From Octopus vulgaris (Eukaryota): DNA of 64,000 bases. The DNA is taken from contig OX597822.1 of assembly GCA_951406725.2 (NCBI GenBank), positions 108,934,001 through 108,998,000 of the forward strand. The letters are read 5' to 3'. The notes under the pieces are model-generated. The model was not told where the DNA came from, searched no databases, and saw only the letters and a program-made list of their open reading frames with translations. Position 1 is the stretch's first letter, and each line of letters begins with the position of its first letter. A program made the translations under genes and the position numbers. Below are positions 54,782 to 64,000 of the stretch, in pieces.

Positions 54782-54845
54782 AGTGATGATAATAATAATA
54801 ATAATAATATTAATAATAATAATAATAATAATAATAATGATAATA

Positions 54846-55354
54846 ATCTTAACTGATTGAAAGTGTTATCATGTACATTGTTTTGTCTTCGTATAAAAGA
54901 TGGGCTACAGCAAATATCCTGCTCAATACCACCGAGTTGCTTGTCAGTTGTTTGACCATAACCAGTTGAACATGTCCCTTAGTGGCTGATTCGTGCATCT
55001 CTGATCATGAGCAGAAGTAGTGGGGGAGCATCATAGCCATGTATTGAGAGGGATTCTTTGGCGTTTGAATAATTCACCTCTGGAAATGTCTGTTTCGTTC
55101 AACATCTTTAAACAACCCTTATTCAGGAACCTTTTGAGTGGGATGGGTTACTTGACCAGAAGAAATTTCTAACTGGGTTCCACCTACAAAGTCATGTGCT
55201 GTTTATTTTGATATGAGATTGCCATGTCGCGCACATATGGTTGTGATGCATGTGCTTAGTGTACCCTTATGAGGCAGGTAGTCATGATGGGTATGCAGGG
55301 CTTCGTATATTTTACCCCGGTTTCACTTTGATGGCATGCACTGCTCTCTCACTC
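54846..55354 (+). mobile_element. 3'-end fragment of a retroelement inserted in (AAT)n (copy 2)
   Basis: Same sequence with a different 5' truncation point, the same 3' end and scattered substitutions. Confidence 0.65.
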
Positions 55355-55399
55355 AATAATAATAATAATAATAATAATACTTATTATTATTATTATTAT

Positions 55400-55612
55400 T
55401 TCTACTCTAGGCACAAGACCTTGAAAATTTTGGGGGAAGGGAGTCAGTTAATTACATAGAACCCAGTGCATCACTGGTACTTATTTCATCGACCCCGAAA
55501 GGACCAAAGGCAAATTTGACCTTGGCGGAATTTGAACTCAGAACGTAGCGGGAGACAAAATATCGCTAAGCATTTCGCCTGGCGTGCTAAATATTCTACC
55601 AACTCACGGCCT
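55400..55612 (-). mobile_element. Monomeric Nin/Deu-core SINE
   Basis: actggtacttatttcatcgaccccgaaagga..ggcggaatttgaactcagaacgt..gctaagcatttcgcctggcgtgctaa matches the reverse complement of the 43361 head and core. Confidence 0.8.
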
Positions 55613-55849
55613 TAAATAATAATGCTAATAATAACGGTAATAATAATATTGAAGGTATATCACCCCATCTACTTTCCATTGAAATAAGGAAGCTAAAATC
55701 TAGATATAGTTGAGGAAGTTATCGGTGGATAGGTAAAACTTTGCCGTTTATGAATGATAAATCTATATGGAAAAGCTGAGAGTGAACAGGAGAACACTGT
55801 CAATATTGTACGAGTGAATAACACCGATATTAGAATAGAATGCGATTTT

Positions 55850-56160
55850 TCCAAGTGCTGAAACGCGGTGATGAAGAAAGAGAAAAGCCATAAACGTGGT
55901 GGATTAAATTTTCCGAATGAGAAGAGCACGGGAGTTTCATACAGGTGATGGGCATAAATATCTGTGACTCTTGGAAGCTGATGGTATAAAAGACAGGACT
56001 ATGAAAGATAAAGTCAGGAAAGAATATTTCCGAAACATTAGTAGAGTACTAAAGTCCATGCTTAATGGCATAAACGCCTTTACTGTCATAAACGTAAGAG
56101 CCGTATACATCATGGGTAGAGAATTGGATTATCAAATGAGCAAAGAAAGGCCTTGGAAAT
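55850..56160 (+). mobile_element. R4/Dong-like RT fragment
   Basis: HKYL.LLEADGIKDRTMKDKVRKEYFRNISRVLKSMLNGINAFTVINVRAV matches the YKYLG.LE...MK..KEY..R.R.ILKS.LN..N...AIN..AV thumb region. Confidence 0.7.
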
Positions 56161-56162
56161 AT

Positions 56163-56558
56163 TCATATATAAAAGTGAAGTTGTGTGTCTGTCTGTCTCC
56201 TACGATTTAGATTCCTAACTACTCCCACATTTTGCGGTGCAGTTTAACCAGAACCGGGTATCTTATAGTCGTGATACATATCGAGCCCTTCTGGGTATTA
56301 GCGCGCGTCTACAATGAGCCTACGATAAAAAAAAAAATACCTTCATTTTTTTCCATTTTAATGCATTTTTTTCGCTATTATATAAGGGAAGTGACTCTCT
56401 AAAAATGTCTACGATGAGTCAACGATTTAAAAAAAATTACCATCAGTTTTTTTTCCATTTTTAATGCAGTTTTTGCTATTTTTTGGCTATAACTCTCTAA
56501 AAATGCTTATATAGTTATTTCCCTTACAAACCCGAGCAACGCCGGGCGATACTGCTAG
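56163..56558 (+). mobile_element. Complete non-autonomous Helitron
   Basis: 5' TC+atatataaaa, (GTCT)n and an internal direct repeat. Subterminal hairpin cccg-agcaacgc-cggg, then 3' CTAG followed by T. Confidence 0.8.
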
Positions 56559-56909
56559 TCTAATTATAAAATGATATCTCTTATAATCTCCAAAGCCTTC
56601 ACACCACAGCCGGATGCTTAAAGTCTGTATATGTTTTGTCTTTTTCCTGTTTCAGTCATTAGTCTACCACCATGCTGGGACACCATTTTGAAGAATGTTT
56701 AATTGAATGAATCCATTCTCCCTCCCCACCGTATACTTTTTCAGCCTGGCACTTATTCCAACGGTGTCATTGGCCGAACTGCTAGTTTGTGGAGACGTAA
56801 ACATAGCAACGCCAGTTGTCAAGCGGTTGTAGGGAAAGAACATGCACAAACGCACACACGTACGCACAAACGCGCGCACACACACACACGTACACACACA
56901 CATATTTAT

Positions 56910-57105
56910 ACAGTAATTTCTCGACATATTCCGTTCCACCTATTGCGCAGTCAGTACATCGCAGGAGATTTTTCAATGTATACATGTAAACTTATATCGT
57001 GGATTCCTCAGTATATCGCGGCCTCTGTGGCGGATAGGTATTTATATATTTTAATTAATTCTGTGGAAGATTTTGGAACGTAACACCCGCGATAGTCGAG
57101 TTTCG
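56910..57105. mobile_element. pogo/Tigger-like MITE, related to 44104-44605
   Basis: TA|cagtaatttctcgacata ... cgcgatagtcgag, with shared internal motifs. Confidence 0.5.
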
Positions 57106-57173
57106 GATTTCCTCCCCGGCATCCGAAACTCGGAGTTTTATCATGTCTACCGAATAATTGTCCAATATTAGAG

Positions 57174-57218
<45 letters not shown>

Positions 57219-59235
57219 CATAAATACTGGTCGGACCGAGGCTATAGTGGAAAACACTTACTTCAAGAGGACTGAATCCGGAACTATATGGTTGTGAACC
57301 AGAAGGATAGAAAAAATACTGTTTCGTCTTCATTTCTATATCAAAAATGGTAGCCTCCACCCTCCGGAGAATAAGTATTACAGGTTGCATGTGAAAGAAT
57401 CCATTCAAGATTGGCTGCTATCAAGAATAGTTCTTCTCGCTTTTATTGTTTTCCGGACACCTCAGCTGCATTTAATATGCTCCATCACACGAGGCAAGTG
57501 TTGATGACTCAGAATGGTTTGGGGGTACTTTTCAGCTTGAACCTACCTTGACTTCAATCTGAGATTCTTAAAAGTATTGTTTTGTTTTGGGTCTATTGTG
57601 GGGATTTATGTGGCAAAATTAAGGGCATTCAACCTTGGGGAAAAGTGTGTCTACCACACAAGAACAGCTTAGATCAATCCTACAGTGCTAAGCTATGTAT
57701 TTCAGGAAGTTTTGCTCTGTGCTGGTTGTTTTGGTGGTGATGGTTTTCCGTCTTTCGACGACGAGCATTCGGCTATTCGATTAACTGAGAACCTACTTAT
57801 GAATTAATTTGTAAGTTGTTGAGTATAGGTTGGCATGTGAGTATTTTGTGTATACAGAGATAAGTATTACACTTGATGTCAGTCAGATGGAAAATCAATG
57901 TAAGGAGCTATATACACCCGACGCAGTTTTATACATCTTACTTTTTCTGAATTTCGATCACAAGTATGAGACAAATTCAATCTATGTAAATCAATATTGC
58001 CGAAGATACCCTGAAATGGATCGAACGTGAATCTCATAATTAAGAAGCAAATTCCTTAAACGTTACAGTAAATGCATATTCCTAAAGTACTACGCACTGA
58101 AAACGAACTCTAATACATAGATTGCAAAACCATATTCCGAAATTATCCCATTATTCGTTGACAAGTAAAATAATTCGAGCAATTAATAAACCGTTTCGCT
58201 ATCTCCATGTAACAGTAAAAAAAAAAACCCGAAGCAAAGAAAAAAATCTGAGGTGATGTGTACAGGAGATTAGCGTATTTATAAATGAGAGTTTGTTAGT
58301 TCCGTAAATGAACAGAACAGAACTGGACAGCTGAGGGAGCGGAATGCCACCTAAGTTGCTTCGTTTAACTACTTTCTAAGCAGAAACTTATTCATGGTAA
58401 CTAATTATAGACATCATATGATAATAACATGATGAACGTGTCTGATACTGTTTAAATTAGTTTAGAGGACTAAAAAATTGCTTGAAGGATATAAAATGCA
58501 ACCTCATCCAAGCGGAAGATGATACAGTGGTTGACATACACAAACTCAGCCACACAAAGTCTGAAATACACGCACACACAGTCACGCATATAAACGAACA
58601 TGCTGTCACACATACGTACAACCACAAATATTTGTATAAACTGCTGTATGACAGATTCATACCTTTTTTTAATATTCAGATATTTGTAAGTGTGTACGGA
58701 TATATATATATATATATAATAAAATTAAAATTAGGGAATGGGTCTGTATTTGTATGTATATATATGTGTGTATGTGTAGGTATGTATAGGTACACATATG
58801 TATATATATATGTATATATATATATGTATGTATATGTATATATATGTATATATGTGTGTATGTGTATATATATATATATGTATATAGGGACTAGTGTGCT
58901 GTGTGTGCATGTGTGTGTGTGGATATGTGTGTGTATGCGTGTATGTGTGTATGTGTGTATATGTGTATAGATATTTTTCTGTGTGTATATGTATGTGTGG
59001 TCGTGTGTGTATATATACATGTGTGTGTACGTGTATGCATGTGAGTGTGTGTATGTATACATTTATGTGTATGTGTAGATATGTATATGTATGTGTAAGT
59101 GTATATATATGTATATGTGTGTGTGTGTATGTATGTGTGTATGTATATGTATATATGTTTGTATGTGTGTGTATATATGTATACATATGTGCATAGGTAT
59201 AAGTGAGAATCTCCTTATTTACCTAAAACTCTATA

Positions 59236-59267
<32 letters not shown>

Positions 59268-59414
59268 TTTTATTCTTTTATCTAATTTAACACTGACTCC
59301 TTGACCACTCCCCCAGTATGATATTTTGCGCTATGCCTACCCCCAAAAAGTCCCCCACCAACACCCCTTTAAACCTGCCTAAATGTATAAATGCCAATAC
59401 AATTCTTGTTAACT

Positions 59415-59465
59415 AGCTTCCTGAAGATTTCTCTTGAATGAAACAGTTCTAGTCCTGTAGAAGCT
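59415..59465 (+). ncRNA. Canonical type I hammerhead ribozyme in a solo PLE terminal remnant (~59280-59550)
   Basis: agcttc-CTGAAGA-t(ttc tctt gaa)t-GAAA-cag ttctagtc ctg-TA-gaagct. It has a 6-bp stem I, an intact core, stem III cag/ctg with a real loop, and a GUA cleavage triplet. Confidence 0.85.
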
Positions 59466-59689
59466 CCTTCTATATAATAAATTAATTTTACTCTGCTATG
59501 TATTGAGTACCTTATTTACTGTGGTTAACCCCGAATCAACCCGGGACCTACATATTTATATATATATATATTTATATATATATATATTTTATATATATAT
59601 TTATATATATATATTTATATATATATATTTATATATATATATATTTATATATATATATATTTATATATATATATTTATATATCTATACA

Positions 59690-61154
59690 ATATGTTACAT
59701 TACTCGGTAGTCAAGATAAAACTCTGAGTTTCAGATGCCGAAGTGGAAATCCACAACACCATCTCTTCGGTTATCTGGCTATTTGAAAACGTTATGAAAA
59801 AATACCGTTAAAAATGAAGGGAAATTACTCTGTTATAACTCTGCTTTGCCTGCGTACTTATACATCGCTCGCATTTTTCGTCATAAAAATTATATAAAAA
59901 TACATAAAAATATATAAAAATATATAAAAATATATAAAATCTTCTTGGGACATAACACAGAAAGCATGTTCTATCCGTTTTCTTTAGGGGACCAAAAACG
60001 TAACAGAAATTTAGTCACATGTGGGCATGATCCGAAAAGATCTGTCCTTGTATTTAGACATGTGGTAGGGTCTAAGCTGCTTTTCCAGATAAGCCATCTC
60101 TCCATGTCGCATAAACCGCACCTTCCGCTGCCGTTAGTATAGGGCTTACATCTGGCCAAAATCTTCCATTGTATGTTATAATCGACACCTTTATCTCTTA
60201 AAGACCAAATATGATTGGATAATTGTGTCGCTTTTCTTTTGTTCCAGTGCCTAAAGCTCAAAGTGTGGTTATTGAACCTGGCCTTGAAATTACCCTCTGT
60301 CAGGCCCACGTATTTCTTCGTCGAAACGGTGTCTTTAGTGGTTATAGAGTTTACGGTAGCTTCATATATGATGGTCTTGGACATGCAAGCTCCATTTAGC
60401 GGGCACAATTCTTTATTCCTGCATGAACAGCTGTTTTCTTCTTGTGTTTTTTGTATGTTATGATTGATTATGTTTTTAAAATTGGTAGTTGAACTAAAAC
60501 TAATTTTTAAATTGTGTCTATTGAAGAGTTTCCTATAAGCATGGTTAACTGGAAAATGTCTATCTATCAGTGCTAGGAAATATTTACCTATATTGAAGGC
60601 CACCTCGGGTGAGTAAGGGGGCGTAAACCAGATGACCTTCCTATTATTCCTTTTCCTTATTGTTGGGCTGGTGATAGGTGTATATTTTATTTTTTCGCTA
60701 AAACCACTATCTTTTAAAGCTTTATTATAAACTGGGGCAAAGCTATTGAAGATGTCCTCATTAGATGAGAGGCTAGAAATCCTCTTACTAATATTTTTAA
60801 CTAAATTTTTGAATACTATAGGGGGATGGCATGAACCTACATTAATATAACTTAGTCTATCATTGGGCTTCCTATAAGGCTTATAAATATTATTATTAAG
60901 ATCTAAGGAAACGTCTAAGAAATTGACAACCGTCAGGTTAGTGTCTATAGTTATACTAAGTCCGAAGTGTTTCATTAACTGGATAATATCCTTCCTAAAA
61001 CGATCTTGTGCTGGTCCATTTGTATTAGCTGTTAAGGCGAGGGCATCATCTTTGTAGATGGCAAAATGTACGTTAGGGAATGTCTTACTGAAGGTATCTA
61101 GGAGAAAGAGTCCAATTAGATCACAGATGCCTGCCCCATCATATGAACCCATGC
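59690..61154 (-). mobile_element. 5'-truncated Penelope-like element (Naiad-type), left copy of an inverted pair
   Basis: ORF 59971-61158 plus a 3' UTR with a hammerhead, ending in (TA)n. Confidence 0.9.
59714..59776 (-). ncRNA. Minimal hammerhead motif (CCGAAGA variant) of the Naiad-type PLE
   Basis: agataa-CCGAAGA-gatg(gtgttgtggatttccacttcgg)catct-GAAA-ctcagag-TT-ttatct. It has a 6-bp stem I, an extended stem II and a near-palindromic stem III with a 1-nt loop. Confidence 0.78.
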
Positions 61155-61158
61155 TCAA
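59971..61158 (-). CDS. Truncated PLE ORF: RT motifs B-E/thumb, CxC linker, GIY-YIG, C-terminal CxxC
   Basis: MGSYDGA.ICDLIGLFLL, IYKDDAL, VNFLDV, PYRKPN, WFTPPYS, CSCRNKELCPLNGAC, IIYEATV..KYVGLTEGNFKARFNNH and CGLCDMER. Confidence 0.88.
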   Translation of the reverse strand: MSMGSYDGAGICDLIGLFLLDTFSKTFPNVHFAIYKDDALALTANTNGPAQDRFRKDIIQLMKHFGLSITIDTNLTVVNFLDVSLDLNNNIYKPYRKPNDRLSYINVGSCHPPIVFKNLVKNISKRISSLSSNEDIFNSFAPVYNKALKDSGFSEKIKYTPITSPTIRKRNNRKVIWFTPPYSPEVAFNIGKYFLALIDRHFPVNHAYRKLFNRHNLKISFSSTTNFKNIINHNIQKTQEENSCSCRNKELCPLNGACMSKTIIYEATVNSITTKDTVSTKKYVGLTEGNFKARFNNHTLSFRHWNKRKATQLSNHIWSLRDKGVDYNIQWKILARCKPYTNGSGRCGLCDMERWLIWKSSLDPTTCLNTRTDLFGSCPHVTKFLLRFWSPKENG

Positions 61159-62162
61159 TTTCTTAGACGTTTCCTTAGATCTTAATAATAATATTTATAA
61201 GCCTTATAGGAAGCCCAACGATAGACTAAGTTATATTAATGTAGGTTCATGCCATCCCCCTATAGTATTCAAAAATTTAGTTAAAAATATTAGTAAGAGG
61301 ATTTCTAGCCTCTCATCTAATGAGGACATCTTCAATAGCGTTGCCCCAGTTTATAATAAAGCTTTAAAAGATAGTGGTTTTAGCGAAAAAATAAAATATA
61401 CACCTATCACCAGCCCAACAATAAGGAAAAGGAATAATAGAAATAGGAAGGTCATCTGGTTTACGCCCTTACTCACCCGAGGTGGCCTTCAATATAGGTA
61501 AATATTTCCTAGCACTGATAGATAGACATTTTCCAGTTAACCATGCTTATAGGAAACTCTTCAATAGACACAATTTAAAAATTAGTTTTAGTTCAACTAC
61601 CAATTTTAAAAACATAATCAATCATAACATACAAAAAACACAAGAAGAAAACAGCTGTTCATGCAGGAATAAAGAATTGTGCCCGCTAAATGGAGCTTGC
61701 ATATCCAAGACCATCATATATGAAGCTACCGTAAACTCTATAACCACTAAAGACACCGTTTCGACGAAGAAATACGTGGGCCTGACAGAGGGTAATTTCA
61801 AGGCCAGGTTCAATAACCACACTTTGAGCTTTAGGCACTGGAACAAAAGAAAAGCGACACAATTATCCAATCATATTTGGTCTTTAAGAGATAAAGGTGT
61901 CGATTATAACATACAATGGAAGATTTTGGCCAGATGTAAGCCCTATACTAACGGCAGCGGAAGGTGCGGTTTATGCGACATGGAGAGATGGCTTATCTGG
62001 AAAAGCAGCTTAGACCCTACCACATGTCTAAATACAAGGACAGAGCTTTTCGGATCATGCCCACATGTGACTAAATTTCTGTTACGTTTTTGGTCCCCTA
62101 AAGAAAACGGATATATAACATGCTTTCTGTGTTATGTCCCAAGAAGATATATAATATATATG

Positions 62163-62205
<43 letters not shown>

Positions 62206-62258
62206 GGCATCTGAAACTCAGAGTTTTATCTTGACTACCGAGTAATGTAACATATTGT
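61155..62258 (+). mobile_element. More truncated, frameshifted right copy of the Naiad-type PLE
   Basis: Starts at NFLDVSL and is nearly identical to the reverse complement of 59940-60926. It has a 2-bp deletion near 61466, an extra 6 bp (NRNR), and part of the 3' UTR, including the 5' half of the HHR, replaced by (TA)n. Confidence 0.92.
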
Positions 62259-62287
62259 ACTCTATTTACATAATATTGACACATTTT

Positions 62288-62342
<55 letters not shown>

Positions 62343-62769
62343 CCACACATCAAATGCACATGCGTTTGTAAATATGTATATATTTATACCTGGATGTATG
62401 CAATTAAAATCCGGTCCCTATCGACTTCTAGAACTATAAGCAGCCCAGGTATTCAATAAAATATTCTCACACTAACTAACCATCTCATTAAGACACGTGT
62501 GCCGCTTTTGAATCAGAAAGCATGCAAAATAAAGGGGGAAAATAAACATTCATGACGCATGTTTTATAGTTTTCAAACACAGTAAGCCCTGTAGTTTATT
62601 TCCCTAATTGGCAGATCGGATATATTCGACGTAAAACAGTTGTGCATGTCATTTAGACCTTGTCCACTTCGAATCTTAGACTGAACACACCGAGGTCAAA
62701 TTTGCCTCGTTCCTCGTTTATCTATAAAATAAAGTTCCCGCGAAGTACTGAATTCCGTTTAATATTTCT

Positions 62770-62995
62770 ATAAAACAGGGCTGCGAGTTAACTGAATCAT
62801 TAACACTCAGGGCAAAAATGCCGAGGGGCATTTCGTCTGTCTTTGTGCTCTGAGTTCAAATGTCGTTTAGATTGTATTTGTCTTTCATCCTTTGGGGCTG
62901 GATACAATGATTACCAGTTGAGTATTGGGGTCGATGTAATCAACTTACTCCTCCCCCGAAATTGCTGGCATTGTGTAAATATGTGAAACCAATAT
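62770..62995 (+). mobile_element. Degenerate monomeric Nin/Deu-core SINE
   Basis: gcatttcgtctgtcttt..ctgagttcaaat..tctttcatcctttgggg..taccagttgagtattggggtcgatgtaatc. Confidence 0.65.
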
Positions 62996-64000
62996 TAAAG
63001 CATAGCTATGAATGAAATTCCAAATAGACAAATAATTATCGACCGAACACACACACAGACACAAACGCACTCACAAGTACAAGCAACGTATTTATAACAC
63101 AGAAAATATAAACCATTTCTCAAAAATGCATACACACATACATACACGCAACGGTACCATATCTTTAAGAGCAAAGAAAATTATTCGAACTATTTCTTAA
63201 GTAACACTCAAACACCCGCAGACATTGACACGTATATACACATATAAAAATGCCCAGACTCCCTTAGAGTCACATAATCAATAATTGGTTAATAAATGTA
63301 ATTAAGTAGATAAGAGTTTGCCGTCACTCAGTTTAAAATCACCAATTAGAACTTGGGTAAGTGGAGCATTGAAGACTGTCAGATTTTCCCTCGTTCCTTC
63401 TATTGGCCTTACCAATCAGAGAAGTCCGCAGAGGGCCATCAGCGCTGACCTCCCACCTCAGACGCAAATAAACATGCATGATCTCTGAACTATCTCTTCG
63501 TAACCACACAGCTCTAATTTACACTATACAAACATACAACGAATATCATTTTGTCTATCATACTCAAATACTGCTACACACATACATACACACACACACG
63601 CACGGACGCATGCACGCACACACATGGACGCACACACACGCATTCAAGCACACACACATCAAACCTTCTCTACGACCTCTCACTTCTACGTTGACTCTCT
63701 TTTAACTTTTAGAGGTCCAAAACCTCTTGTATATTTCAGCGCAATATAAAAGCTTTCAACTTTACTTCCTTACTATCTCTTTCTCCCTTTTTACTTATTC
63801 GGCATTTGTTTTGTCCCTCTTCATCTTTCCTTACCAGTCACCACTTCTATAAGGCAAGCATTAAAGTAAATATATTGTCAAACGCACACACACACACACA
63901 TACACATACACATACACACAAATACACACACACATACACACAGACAAGCACCTATTGAAACAGAGCAATAAGTTAGTTTTCTCCGTAAGCTAGCATCCTT

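Noticed and set aside
59820-59890. Possible SECIS element in the Naiad-type 3' UTR (ATGA...AA...GA), since some Naiads encode selenoproteins
   Set aside because: Helix II cannot be paired convincingly, and the retained ORF has no in-frame TGA at Cys positions.
61058-61501. 147-aa ORF as a novel chimeric protein
   Set aside because: It is an accidental read-through from the antisense strand of the left PLE copy across the inversion junction into the right copy.

Overview
Gene-poor, AT-rich eukaryotic nuclear DNA, most likely from an octopus/coleoid cephalopod. This assignment is inferred from the dense (TA)n/(CA)n microsatellites, octopus-type tRNA-derived SINEs and a mollusc-like mitochondrial ND1 insertion. 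No host protein-coding gene is securely identifiable; nearly all coding signal comes from transposons. Penelope-like elements (PLEs) dominate: one near-intact RT+GIY-YIG element (19553-22430), two decayed relatives, a young head-to-head inverted pair of a Naiad-type PLE (59690-62258), and several solo or fold-back terminal-repeat remnants carrying hammerhead ribozyme (HHR) motifs. Other elements include a decayed Helitron, a Tc1/mariner transposase remnant, CR1-like, R4/Dong-like and Tx1/L1-like LINE fragments, a triply nested insertion carrying an ORF1-only gag-like frame, multimeric SINEs and MITEs. The most notable observations are: (i) a recurring non-canonical CCGAAGA hammerhead core in three unrelated PLE termini; (ii) ~420-bp inverted repeats bracketing the whole 6.3-kb PLE cluster; (iii) a 168-bp near-perfect palindrome built from two ribozyme 3' halves; (iv) the nested ORF1-only retroelement. 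All alignments and foldings were done by eye, and family names need database confirmation.
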